Source: Calditrichales bacterium (lineage in GTDB: Bacteria > Calditrichota > Calditrichia > Calditrichales > J004). From it: DNA of 64,000 nt. The notes below the pieces were generated by a model that was not told where the DNA came from, did not search any database, and saw only the letters and a program-made list of their open reading frames with translations. The stretch covers positions 1,696,001 to 1,760,000 of the forward strand of contig OZ254086.1 in NCBI GenBank assembly GCA_965267575.1. The letters are read 5' to 3'. Shown piece by piece: positions 10,668 through 20,417 of this stretch. The first letter of the stretch is position 1; each line of letters begins with the position of its first letter. Position numbers and translations under genes: made by a program.

Positions 10668-12674
10668 TTATTTCACGATGGCGAATTTACCTTTTCGGAC
10701 ATCGCCCTGTTCATTCTCAATGTGATAGAAGTAGAGCCCGCTTTTTACAAGCTGCCCGAACTGGCTAACCTGGTTCCAGGCAATCACGCCGGATTCGGGG
10801 TTGTCGTGTTCGATTTTTCTCACCAGGTCACCACGTACGGTAAAGATGCGCAGGGTGCATTTACGCGGCACGTTTACGAATTGTATGATGTTGCCGTCGC
10901 CCAGACCCGGCAGACCGGAATTTCGGTAAAACGGGTTGGGCGAAACAGCGATGTCTTCCAGGCTTCTTTCCGTAGGACGCAGGGTGCTGCGCACCGGGAA
11001 TGATGTTTTATTGGCAAACAGCGATGACTCCAGCGGCGGCACTTCCACGGTGGGGTCAACCGCCCAGGAACCGTGCCCGTTGTCGTAGCTGGTAACCGCG
11101 TAGTAGTATGAATAGCCCAACGCCACATCATTGTCGATAAAGCGGTAAGTGCCACTGGCTGCGTCGTAAAAATCCTCGTCCCCGATAGAAATATCGGCAA
11201 TTTCCTCCCATGGACCTATCGGCAGCCGGAAGCTGCGGTAGATACGATATCCGGCAACATCAACAACGCCCTGGTGCGGATCGGGGATTGTTTCAACTGT
11301 ATCCCCGAACGTGACCACATTGGCGATAACACCACCTTCATCAAGCGAGTTGACGCTGAATTCCGGTCCGGGCGGCGGCATCGGTACAATATAATTATTG
11401 GCGTAGGTCTGGCTTACGCGGTTGCTGAGATAAGTCACTGCGGAATCACCGGCTGCGCGGATGGTCTCTTTAGTTGAGGAAGGATCTATGGCTGTTTTAT
11501 AGTCGGCGCCGCCCACAAACTGCGCGATAACAATTTTGACCGAATCACGACCACGGGCCTGCAGCGTGTAGGGGCCCAGCGAAAAATTAGCAAGCGTGCG
11601 GCTGCGGCCCATCGCGGGATCATCCGCAGAGCTGAAAGCATCGGAAAGTTTGCTTACATCTTCCATGGCCTCGTATTTGGCATCCAGGCCCGTAACACCT
11701 AAAAACGGTGCGGTGGAGCTGCCCGAAGGAGGCGCCGTGGACCAGGTAAAGCCGTTGATGCGATTGGCCACGCCAAATGTATCCGGCGAGATATATAAAA
11801 ATTTGATGCCCGCGTGTCCGTGAGCGATAAACTCCGGTTCGGTATCAAAATTGTCTTCAACGGGATCATAAACCTGGTTCTCAAAATAGTCGTAGCTGTC
11901 ATCAACGCCGGGGCTGTCCTTGAAATCACCCGCCCAGAAGGTCAGCAGCCGTTCGTTCGGGTCCCAGTAGCTTTCCACGTTACGCGCGCCCGACGTCAGG
12001 TTGGGATAAGTTAGATTCCAGCCGCGGTTATTTGGCGATAAGGCGTATGTAAATAAAAGATAAACACCTTCCAGATCGTTGCGGCGGTTGACGTTGGTTA
12101 AAATGTATTCGCTAATAATGTAGTCCTGGTCTACTTCGGAGCCGGACCATTGCCGCACAACGCGGCTAACGCTCACCGGTATATTCTGGTTGTCTGTAGG
12201 CTGGAACCAGGCCCCGTTAAATTCCCAGTTGGTTTCAACGACTTCTTCGGCGTCGAATGGATTCTGGGCCAGGTGCCAGTTGGCGCCATCCTTATAGCGC
12301 GAACGGTGGCGCGAAACGAGATAGCGGTTGGCGTCGCCGCTTATGCCGACCGATGCTACACTGTTAACGGCAAAGTCATCCCAGCCGTAGACCGTTCCGG
12401 AATCGGTTTTGGCCGTAATAAAAAAACCGCCGGTAACAAGGTAGCTGTTATAGCCGCCAATGTTCACGGACAAACTGTCCTGATTGTATCCCGGCCAGTC
12501 AAGACCGTAGCCGTTGCGCTGCCAGGCCGTCATCGGCGCGACATCCTGAGAGAAATGAAGCGAATGCCAGAGCCTGCCCCTGTCAAGGATTATAAAATTA
12601 CCCTCTGTAAGCTGAGCAAACGCCGAAGTCGAAGTCAGTATCAGAAGTACGAATATGATATTTTTCAATCGCAT
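10668..12674 (-). CDS. Secreted hypothetical protein with FN3-like domain and T9SS-like C-terminal domain (TBDR/PorV partner)
   Basis: Signal peptide; 'VAGYRIYRS…YYYAVTSYD…LESS'; CTD 'VSPNPFY…FVNVP.KCTLRIFT.RGDLVR…SGLYFYHI…KFAIVK'. Confidence 0.75.
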   Translation of the reverse strand: MRLKNIIFVLLILTSTSAFAQLTEGNFIILDRGRLWHSLHFSQDVAPMTAWQRNGYGLDWPGYNQDSLSVNIGGYNSYLVTGGFFITAKTDSGTVYGWDDFAVNSVASVGISGDANRYLVSRHRSRYKDGANWHLAQNPFDAEEVVETNWEFNGAWFQPTDNQNIPVSVSRVVRQWSGSEVDQDYIISEYILTNVNRRNDLEGVYLLFTYALSPNNRGWNLTYPNLTSGARNVESYWDPNERLLTFWAGDFKDSPGVDDSYDYFENQVYDPVEDNFDTEPEFIAHGHAGIKFLYISPDTFGVANRINGFTWSTAPPSGSSTAPFLGVTGLDAKYEAMEDVSKLSDAFSSADDPAMGRSRTLANFSLGPYTLQARGRDSVKIVIAQFVGGADYKTAIDPSSTKETIRAAGDSAVTYLSNRVSQTYANNYIVPMPPPGPEFSVNSLDEGGVIANVVTFGDTVETIPDPHQGVVDVAGYRIYRSFRLPIGPWEEIADISIGDEDFYDAASGTYRFIDNDVALGYSYYYAVTSYDNGHGSWAVDPTVEVPPLESSLFANKTSFPVRSTLRPTERSLEDIAVSPNPFYRNSGLPGLGDGNIIQFVNVPRKCTLRIFTVRGDLVRKIEHDNPESGVIAWNQVSQFGQLVKSGLYFYHIENEQGDVRKGKFAIVK

Positions 12675-15578
12675 TTAAAAGGTGATCTCCGCTGTAAAAA
12701 AGATTTGCCGCGGTATATTGCGGAAAGTCTGGAAATAGTTGTAGATCTCAACGTCTCTTTGGATTCTTTCACCATTTATGTCATAGTCTCTGCTGTTATA
12801 TGTCACGCCTCGCAGAACCCATCTTTGAAGTTCTTCGCTTCCACTGATCGGCGTCAGGTGCTGGTTGTCAAAAAGATTGAGAATACGCATGCCCAGCTTC
12901 AATTTGTAGTCGCCAAAGCCAATGCTTTTTTGCAGTTTCAAATCGGTCGATGATTCCAGCGGATAGCGGCGGTTGGATTCCACTTCAAAATTGGTCTGGA
13001 ACGTTGGTGAATAAAAATAGGGCGCGCCGCTGGCCAAACGGTAAACGACATTGGCCGTAAAATTTTCCAGCGGATAGAATCCGAATATTTGAGGACCCTC
13101 ATTATCAAACCAGTTATAGGTAAGCGAGCCGTTAAAACGATGGGTCCGGTCTTCAGGTGCTATCAAATCCGTGGCATCATAAATAAAACGATCTTCAAGC
13201 AGAGCGCTTGCCTGGGCCACTTCTTTAATATCGCCGTAATAGCCAAAGGTTGTCTGGCTCAACGAGTAGCTGAAGCTGTAAAGCAGGTTACGGTCCTGGC
13301 GGTTGCGGAACTGAATCTCCACGCCGCGTGAGTTGCCGTAGCCGTTGTTTCTGTATGAAAGATAGGTCCCGGTTAGGTTGCGGTCGCTGGTGGAGCTTGC
13401 GGTGGGCGATTCAATGTAAACAACGGAAATCTGATCCTGCAGGTCGTTGTAGTAAGTCACGACGTCCAGTTGGTGCGTGTCCCATAGATTTTGTTGTACG
13501 CCCACTTCATAATTAACACTCAGCTTTGGCTTCAAATTAGGGTTACCATAATGATTCCAGCCATTGAAAGTTTGCTGGTCAAGCGCCTGATTAAAGGTGG
13601 GCATGGAACGGAAATGACCATACTGAACGCGGAAGGCGGTTCTTTCCCCAATCGGGAAGGAGATACCAAGCCGCGGGGAGAAGAAGGAGTAAGTTTTGGA
13701 ATCCTCCCACTCGGGCAAGCCTCGATTGGTGTTGCCATCGGCCTGATAAAAAATATTGTGTTCATCAACAGGAACATCGGCGCCAAAATTGTAAGCATCA
13801 AAGCGCACACCGGCATTGGCAATCATACCCGAAAATTCCAGCTTGTCCTGAACGTAGGCGGCCGTGTACCAGGATTTTGCCTTGTAGTTACTGGCAAACC
13901 CGGTGCGCCAGATATAAGCAGAAACCGTCTGCGATGAAGAGGCATTATAGTTCTGATCAAGAATCCAGCCTTCAAATCCTGCTTTAAAAAGATTGCCTTT
14001 ATCCAACTGGCTGCTAAAATGGCTTTTCAATTCGTAAAAATCAGAAAGCGAAGCCTGGTTGTAGAGGCTGGACCAGGTAAAGTAAGGACGATAATCAAGT
14101 GTGGTTATGCTTTCAAGAACACGGTCTTCTATTTCAGGATTTAATTGCCGGTCGCGATCGGTTCCCGGTGTGGGCGTTTGCAAAGCATAAAGCCGTTCAC
14201 TCTGATGCGTGAACGTTGTTTCCAGAAAAGATCGCGGCGAGAAAATGAGCTTGTAGTTTACGCTTTGCGCAAAAACGGTTTCTTCGCGCGGCGAGTCGTA
14301 GATCAGTGTGTATTTACGCTTGGCGCCGTACGTGCCCCACAGGCCGGCCCAGCGTATATCGCGTGAACCTGAGCCGATACCACTGTAAAAATACTGGTAC
14401 AGGCCGGTAAACTTCAGGTGGTGCTTCTCGTTTGGTTTATAGGCCACCACCAGCGAATAGTTTTGCAGACGCTGGATTTTTTCGCGGGTGGGCAGGCGTG
14501 TCGGATTGTTTTTAAGTTCGCCGGAAAGGAAAAATGTCATGTTGGTGTTGGCGCCGCCCAACGGGCCGCCCAGACTGAACAGGTAGCGCGTGTACGGATC
14601 GTTGCGGTAATCGTAAACACCCAAAGGATTGTCCGGCCCCGGTGTGTGATTGCGTATCCATTTTTCGTAATTAAGCTGCGCCAGGTTGCTATCTACCATA
14701 CCGGTATTTTGGTCGCGGTAAAGATTGTACCAGGTTTCATCCAGTTCGCCGTAGAGCTGCCATTCCGGTTGATCTTTGGAGTAGAGATATTCGCCCCAAT
14801 GGTATTTACCGGCCGGGCGGTATTCCATCATAAATCCGCCGGAAAACTGCGGTCCGCCATCTTTTGTGACGACTTTGACCACACCGGCCTGGGCGTTGCC
14901 GTATTCGGCGTTAAAGCCCCCTGTGATCAGCTCCATCTGCTCCACAGCCAGCGGGTTTATGTCATATTTCCAGTCGTTGTCCGACTTCTGGCCTGTCCCG
15001 TAAGCCGGCTGCCCGGAGTTGGTGGTAATACTTTTTATACCGTTGATTGTGTAGTTGATCTCGTCGGAGCCGCTGCCGCGGATGGAGAGCGTACCATCGG
15101 CGTTGCGGTTGATGGCTGCGTTCAGTTCCAGCACGTCGGTCAAAGCTTCGGCGGCCACGGCACGTATTTCCTGCGCTTCAAAGTGGCGCGAGCTGAATGT
15201 TTTGTCTGTTTCCACGATCGGGCGGTCGGCTGTTACCACAACGGCTTCGCTCATCTCCACGGCCTCTTCCCTCAGCTGCTGGTCGATGCGCGTGGTGCGG
15301 TCGATCTTTACGGATACATCTTCCACAACCACGGTCTGGTAACCGATGTAGGAAAATTCCAGGGTGTGGCTGCCGGGCGGCACGTTGAGGATAACGTAGT
15401 TGCCGTCTATATCGGTAGAGGCGCCAAGCTGCTGATTCTTAACGACGACGTTAACGCCGATGAGCGCTTCGCCGGTGCCGGCATCACTGACATAACCGGC
15501 TATTTTGCCGCTCTGGCCGAAAGCAATCGAAGAAAAAACAAAGCAAAACAAAATGGAGTAATAATTGAATCGATTCAC
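12675..15578 (-). CDS. TonB-dependent receptor
   Basis: N-terminal carboxypeptidase-regulatory-like domain 'GKIAGYVSDAGTGEALIGVNV', plug 'IRGS…TGGFNAEYGNAQAGVV', C-terminal 'PRQIFFTAEITF'. Confidence 0.92.
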   Translation of the reverse strand: MNRFNYYSILFCFVFSSIAFGQSGKIAGYVSDAGTGEALIGVNVVVKNQQLGASTDIDGNYVILNVPPGSHTLEFSYIGYQTVVVEDVSVKIDRTTRIDQQLREEAVEMSEAVVVTADRPIVETDKTFSSRHFEAQEIRAVAAEALTDVLELNAAINRNADGTLSIRGSGSDEINYTINGIKSITTNSGQPAYGTGQKSDNDWKYDINPLAVEQMELITGGFNAEYGNAQAGVVKVVTKDGGPQFSGGFMMEYRPAGKYHWGEYLYSKDQPEWQLYGELDETWYNLYRDQNTGMVDSNLAQLNYEKWIRNHTPGPDNPLGVYDYRNDPYTRYLFSLGGPLGGANTNMTFFLSGELKNNPTRLPTREKIQRLQNYSLVVAYKPNEKHHLKFTGLYQYFYSGIGSGSRDIRWAGLWGTYGAKRKYTLIYDSPREETVFAQSVNYKLIFSPRSFLETTFTHQSERLYALQTPTPGTDRDRQLNPEIEDRVLESITTLDYRPYFTWSSLYNQASLSDFYELKSHFSSQLDKGNLFKAGFEGWILDQNYNASSSQTVSAYIWRTGFASNYKAKSWYTAAYVQDKLEFSGMIANAGVRFDAYNFGADVPVDEHNIFYQADGNTNRGLPEWEDSKTYSFFSPRLGISFPIGERTAFRVQYGHFRSMPTFNQALDQQTFNGWNHYGNPNLKPKLSVNYEVGVQQNLWDTHQLDVVTYYNDLQDQISVVYIESPTASSTSDRNLTGTYLSYRNNGYGNSRGVEIQFRNRQDRNLLYSFSYSLSQTTFGYYGDIKEVAQASALLEDRFIYDATDLIAPEDRTHRFNGSLTYNWFDNEGPQIFGFYPLENFTANVVYRLASGAPYFYSPTFQTNFEVESNRRYPLESSTDLKLQKSIGFGDYKLKLGMRILNLFDNQHLTPISGSEELQRWVLRGVTYNSRDYDINGERIQRDVEIYNYFQTFRNIPRQIFFTAEITF

Positions 15579-15591
15579 GGTAAACCGGGGG

Positions 15592-15607
15592 TTGGTTTAT
15601 AAACTAA
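15592..15607. promoter_or_regulatory. Near-perfect 16-bp palindrome, candidate repressor operator
   Basis: TTGGTTTA|TAAACTAA, 13 bp upstream of the TBDR start codon. Confidence 0.35.
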
Positions 15608-15663
15608 ACAATCTTAATACCTTTCATCGATTATTGCAAAAGCATTTTGCTTTTTTCGGCTGC

Positions 15664-16830
15664 TTATCGGCGAAGAAAAGCCGGATTATGAGGCAGGCGG
15701 GCTTTAGTTTTGTAAGGGCCATTTAACAGCGTTTTTGCCAACAAATTGTTTTTTTTGCGCAGGCCCTCGTAAAAGAAGAAAACCTCTCCGTTAAGCCCAA
15801 AGCTTCGATTTAAGCGCACTTTCTCCAGCAGCATATCCTCCTCAATCACATATTCGCCCACATTCATCAATATGCCGGGATATATAATTTGCAGATCGTC
15901 TTCATTCAGGCCGACCGAATCGCTGCGAAAGGCCTGCAAAGTCTCCTCATAGCCATCCAGCGTGTAGCGATAGCATTGCGGATTAATCACGTCGGCGTAC
16001 CCGCCGTGGAGCCAATCGGGCCAGACCTGTAAATACTCCTGGTAGGACCAGGGGTAAATGCTGGGCGACCACGACACCCATACCGGCGACTTGATTGCCT
16101 TTACGCCTTCATACAGCCGGCGCCCGAAATCATTCAGCTTGGCGGCACGCCAGCGCAGCCACTCAGGGTCGTGATGGTCGCGCGGCGGTTCCTCGCCCGT
16201 TTCGCTCTCGTAAAGTGCGCGCGTGTACGGGCTATAACCCCCTTCCGATGGAATTGCCGGCAAACGGTCATCGCCCTGAACCCCGTCCACGTCATAATTG
16301 CGCACCACCTCCTGTACAAGACTCAAAAGCAAACTCTGCACATCAGGGTGGAAAGCATTCATCCACTCAAAGCCGTTCTTTGTAAGCAGGTTGCCTTCCG
16401 CATCCAACGCGGCCCATTCCGGAAAGGCGCGCAAAATGTGACCGCCGCCCTTTTCATGGGAGGCGGCAAAACCGTACTCAAACCAGGCGATGACAGCGAT
16501 GCCACGCTTGTGCGCCTCTTCCACGACTTCGGCTAAAGGGTCCCTTCCGGCGTAGGCGCTGTCAATGGGCAGATCAAACAGTGAATCCATCACCGCGCTG
16601 GGATAGAGCGTGCGCGCGTCGTTCCAGACGACGGGGTAAACCACGTTAAAATTATGTTGCGCCAGAAAGTCCATGGCCTCGGCGATGTTTTCACGGCTGT
16701 CAAGCACATCGCTGTCCACGTTTGTAAGCCAGACGCCGCGCCATTCATAAAAATTATCAGGCTGCGGTTCTTCGGCGCTGCAGGAGGAAAGCAGGGATAA
16801 AAGCATAAGCAGTATCGCGATTGTTTTCAT
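15664..16830 (-). CDS. GHL10 (DUF187) glycosyl hydrolase lipoprotein
   Basis: Lipobox LSSC; 'EWRGVWLTNVDS', 'RDPLAEVVEEAHKRGI.VIAWFEYG', 'YDVDGVQGDDR', 'PQCYR'. Confidence 0.88.
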   Translation of the reverse strand: MKTIAILLMLLSLLSSCSAEEPQPDNFYEWRGVWLTNVDSDVLDSRENIAEAMDFLAQHNFNVVYPVVWNDARTLYPSAVMDSLFDLPIDSAYAGRDPLAEVVEEAHKRGIAVIAWFEYGFAASHEKGGGHILRAFPEWAALDAEGNLLTKNGFEWMNAFHPDVQSLLLSLVQEVVRNYDVDGVQGDDRLPAIPSEGGYSPYTRALYESETGEEPPRDHHDPEWLRWRAAKLNDFGRRLYEGVKAIKSPVWVSWSPSIYPWSYQEYLQVWPDWLHGGYADVINPQCYRYTLDGYEETLQAFRSDSVGLNEDDLQIIYPGILMNVGEYVIEEDMLLEKVRLNRSFGLNGEVFFFYEGLRKKNNLLAKTLLNGPYKTKARLPHNPAFLRR

Positions 16831-18626
16831 GGTAGTTCCGCTGTAAGGGTTGAAAAGGGCTCAAAAATACTGTCCACAAGAAAAGCGAATTCGGCGCGGG
16901 TGATCGGTTTGTGCATTTTGCCGTTAGTGCCCTCCAAAAAATGCAGCGGACGTTTGCCGGATTTGTCCGTCTCCTGGCGGGATTTTATCTGGGCGCTCAG
17001 CAACAACGTCAGAGCATCAACGCGCGTTACCGGTGTCGATTTCGGTTTAAGGTCAAAAGAGGCGATGATATGCTTTTCCGCGAGCTTATCCAGAATGCGC
17101 TGCATCTCTTCCAGCGTTAGTTCAGCCTGAGGGTAGAAGTTGTAATGGTTGGCCCAGTTTTCGGTTTTGGCCTCGCCGCCCATAATGCCGCATACTGCCA
17201 GGCGCTGCACGGCGTAGAAAAACCAGTCATTGGCCTTCAGGTCCGTAAAAGGCATCAGCCAGCAGCCCGCTTCCAGCAGCGATTGCTGTACGGCGCGGAC
17301 ATCCGTTTTAGGCACGGGGAGGTTTTTTTTCGCGCAGAGTGCCGCTGCGGCTCCTGCTGCCTGCCCGATGCCCATCACCACCGGCTGCAACCTTGTGGCG
17401 CCGTTGGCCAGGTGGCTCACCGATATTGCTTTTTCGGCCACCAGCAATCCGCCGATTTCCTTAGGCAGCAGAGCGCCAAAAGGCACATAAAAAGCTTTAA
17501 TATCCGGCAAGTCTTCTTTCTCCTTCAAAGGCCCGCGATCGTGATGGTGGTCCAGCGGGTAGTTGCCCACGGCGATGGCATGATCCAGCAAGTGTCTCGA
17601 TTCTGCAGCGTATGGTTCGGCCAGGTCGTTGGCTGTCAGGGTTGCCCGTCCCTGAAGGCGTCGTCCTTCGCGATGGTAGGGGATCATGGCCAGACCGTCC
17701 GCGGTGGGAAATTCATCGCCGGCAATGCCCCAGTTTTTAAAACCAAGCTCATGCTGGATAAAATAGACAAACTGCAGTGTCCGGACTTTGGCTTGCTCAA
17801 ATGCGTCTTTGCGGGCATGCTCGTCGGCCTCCGCTACATTCACATAATAATCGTTGCCGCGGATGGGCCAGTTGATCATGGTTTTGTTGTTTGGCAGGCG
17901 GCCGTAGCTCAGCATTTTTTCAGCCGCAGGCGGATTGTTTTTGTCACCGGATGAAGCAAACTCGGCGCAGCAGCCGCGGAACAGCTCCGGGTCGTAACCT
18001 GCGGGGCGGGCAATGGTCTTATCCGCGTCTTTGCCGTAATCCTTCAGGATGGCCACCCAGGTCAAATCCTGAATGATGTCGTCGGCGGTTTTAGGCGCGC
18101 CTTTTTCGTTAAACGTTTCCCGGGCGTCCCGTCCCACGTTGTAGGCGCAACCGGCTGCAGCCAGCACATCGCCCAGCTCCGTCGCATCAATCGTTATTTT
18201 TGCTTCTACATCCAGCTCACCATCGGCTGAAACAAAACGCGCCCCGCGAACAACACCGTCATTTTTGAGTACGGCATCAAAACGCAGTGGCCAACGGAAC
18301 TTCAGATTTTTTTCAGCGGCGATTATATCCAGCAAAATCGTTCGCGCCACCGACGGTTCAAAGCAGGTGTGGCTCACCCAGCCCGTGGCCAGTTTGTCCG
18401 CGCCGCCGTAATGCTGTTCAAGGCGCCGGCGCAGCTCGCCAAAAATACCGGAAGGCAGGTCATGGTTGCCATCGATGCAACTTACGCCGGCAGCGGTCAG
18501 CATTCCGCCCGGCCAGTCATGCTCTTCGGTTAAAACGACCTTTGCTCCCAGCCGCGCCGCCTGGATAGCCGCGCTAACTCCGGAAGCCCCGGCCCCGATT
18601 ACCAATACATCACAGGATAGATTCAT
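16827..18626 (-). CDS. FAD-dependent oxidoreductase (FAD_oxidored family) with C-terminal SLH-like domain
   Basis: 'DVLVIGAGASGVSAAIQAAR', 'IDATELGD', 'PYHREGRRL.G', 'EKAISVSH.ANGATRLQP..M.IGQAAG'; tail 'FTDLKANDWF…GIMGG…FYP', 'ITRAEFA'. No signal peptide. Confidence 0.85.
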   Translation of the reverse strand: MNLSCDVLVIGAGASGVSAAIQAARLGAKVVLTEEHDWPGGMLTAAGVSCIDGNHDLPSGIFGELRRRLEQHYGGADKLATGWVSHTCFEPSVARTILLDIIAAEKNLKFRWPLRFDAVLKNDGVVRGARFVSADGELDVEAKITIDATELGDVLAAAGCAYNVGRDARETFNEKGAPKTADDIIQDLTWVAILKDYGKDADKTIARPAGYDPELFRGCCAEFASSGDKNNPPAAEKMLSYGRLPNNKTMINWPIRGNDYYVNVAEADEHARKDAFEQAKVRTLQFVYFIQHELGFKNWGIAGDEFPTADGLAMIPYHREGRRLQGRATLTANDLAEPYAAESRHLLDHAIAVGNYPLDHHHDRGPLKEKEDLPDIKAFYVPFGALLPKEIGGLLVAEKAISVSHLANGATRLQPVVMGIGQAAGAAAALCAKKNLPVPKTDVRAVQQSLLEAGCWLMPFTDLKANDWFFYAVQRLAVCGIMGGEAKTENWANHYNFYPQAELTLEEMQRILDKLAEKHIIASFDLKPKSTPVTRVDALTLLLSAQIKSRQETDKSGKRPLHFLEGTNGKMHKPITRAEFAFLVDSIFEPFSTLTAELP

Positions 18627-18702
18627 GTGCTAATGTGGTTTTGTGTTATGGTGTTAATGTGCTCCATCCATCTTGATCATGATCGTGATCATACTCCTGA
18701 TC
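18626..18702 (-). repeat. Leader repeat (GATCAY hexamers plus AACACAWT-like octamers), copy 1
   Basis: Reverse complement matches 22693-22768 at 31/32 and 32/37 nt in two blocks. Abuts the oxidoreductase ATG. Confidence 0.85.
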
Positions 18703-18719
18703 TACTTTTGCGATCGGGA

Positions 18720-18756
18720 GATCCCGGTGTGGCAAAAGGACGCCAACCGGGACGAC
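18720..18756. repeat. REP-like hairpin ATCCCGGTGT…ACCGGGAYGAC
   Basis: Stem TCCCGGT-G-TGGC/GCCA-ACCGGGA; related copies at 26151, 27602 and 32618. Confidence 0.75.
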
Positions 18757-18933
18757 AGTCTGAAAAGCTGATTGTCCTGAAACACCGCGCGCCATGATTT
18801 AATAAATAAAAAATAGCCAAGCGCAAAATCATAGTCCATCCTAAAATCAAATTAATCAAATTCCAGACTTTTTTGTGCAATAAAGTTGTGCCTTGTTTAT
18901 TTTGTTCACTAATCAAACTTACCTCCTAAAAAT

Positions 18934-20397
18934 ATGCAAAACCTGCAACTGATCTTATTCCTGCTGATTTTCCTGGTGATGGCCGGCAGCATGTTTCTGC
19001 GCAAAATACCGGCTTTGCTGGCCCTGCCGCTAATGGCTTTCCTGATCCCGCTTGCCGGCGGTGTCGATCTGGACAGTACCATCCAGCTTGTTATCGGGGA
19101 AGGCGCGCTTAAACTGCACAACGCCTATACTGTAGCCATTTTCGGAAGCATGCTCAGCATTTTGCTGCAAAAAACCGGCGTGGCCGAAAGCTTTATCAAA
19201 AAAGGCGCGGAGCTGGCCGGCGACAATCCCTGGACCATCGGCGTGTTGATGATGATTTTGATTACCCTGCTGTTTACCACGCTGGGCGGTCTGGGCGCCA
19301 TCATTATGGTGGCCACCATCGTCCTGCCGATTATGTCATCCATTGGTATCGGGCCTATGACGGTGGTAGGCATTTTCCTGATCGGCCTTAGTATGGGCGG
19401 TATCCTTAACGCCGGCAATTGGGCGGTGTACGTCGACGTCATGGGACTTACCGTGGAAGAAATCCGCCCGTTTGCGTTGACCATGTTTGCCATAACCTTT
19501 GTGGCCGCGCTGCTCTACATCACCATTCAGTTGTACCGTGACGGCCACGACCTGCAGTGGAAACGAATAGGCTGGGGTGCCGCCATTTTTTTAGCGCTGA
19601 TTGTCGTGGCTGCCACCTTATACCTTAACGCCGGTGATGCCACCCGTGCCCAACTGGCGCGGTTTGGCGATATTCTCTCCAACGGCCTGAGCTGGCTGGT
19701 GGGGATCGGCCTGGCCTTGCTGGCGCTGTTGGTGATCATCCGTTTTGTGCGCTCGCTGCGTTCGCACTCCCGCGAAATTTACTGGGCGGCCTATTTCACA
19801 CCGCTGGTGCCGCTGCTGTTGATCCTTGTTTTTGCCATGAATTTTATTGCCGCCTTTATCTGCGGGTTGATTTACGGATTTATGGCCACGTACCGCAAAG
19901 GCAGTCTTAATACCCTGGTGCAATCGGTGCTGGAAGGCGGCGCCGTGGTTATGCCCGCCGTAGCCCTGATGCTAGGCATCGGCATGCTGTTGAACGCCAT
20001 TATCGGACCGGGGCCATCCTGGAGCGGTGAGTGGCCCGTGTTAACATTGTTGCGTCCCTTGCTTTTGGAGATTGTGCCCGAACAAAGCTGGAGTTATGTG
20101 TTGCTTTTTGGCCTTGCCGCACCCCTGGCGCTCTACCGCGGACCGCTTAACGTCTGGGGTATGGGTTATGGACTGGCCGCCGTGTTTCTGGCCAGCGGTA
20201 TGCAGCCCGGCGCGGTGATGGGCGTGCTGCTGGCAGTGGGCCAGGTGCAGGGTATCAGCGATCCGACAAACACGCACAACGTCTGGCTGGCCAATGAAAT
20301 GCAGCAGGACGTGCAAAAAGTATTGTGGAACACCATCCCTTACACATGGGCGGTGGCGGTGGTGGGCTTGATAGCCGCTGCAATCATATTCTATTAA
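18934..20397 (+). CDS. Ion-transporter superfamily permease (citrate transporter/GntP-like)
   Basis: About 12-13 TM helices; 'KIPALLALP', 'LFTTLGGLGAIIMVATIVLP', 'LYRGPLNVWGMG', 'DPTNTHNVW'. Confidence 0.75.
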   Translation: MQNLQLILFLLIFLVMAGSMFLRKIPALLALPLMAFLIPLAGGVDLDSTIQLVIGEGALKLHNAYTVAIFGSMLSILLQKTGVAESFIKKGAELAGDNPWTIGVLMMILITLLFTTLGGLGAIIMVATIVLPIMSSIGIGPMTVVGIFLIGLSMGGILNAGNWAVYVDVMGLTVEEIRPFALTMFAITFVAALLYITIQLYRDGHDLQWKRIGWGAAIFLALIVVAATLYLNAGDATRAQLARFGDILSNGLSWLVGIGLALLALLVIIRFVRSLRSHSREIYWAAYFTPLVPLLLILVFAMNFIAAFICGLIYGFMATYRKGSLNTLVQSVLEGGAVVMPAVALMLGIGMLLNAIIGPGPSWSGEWPVLTLLRPLLLEIVPEQSWSYVLLFGLAAPLALYRGPLNVWGMGYGLAAVFLASGMQPGAVMGVLLAVGQVQGISDPTNTHNVWLANEMQQDVQKVLWNTIPYTWAVAVVGLIAAAIIFY

Positions 20398-20417
20398 TTT
20401 GATAAAGATAAAGAATA

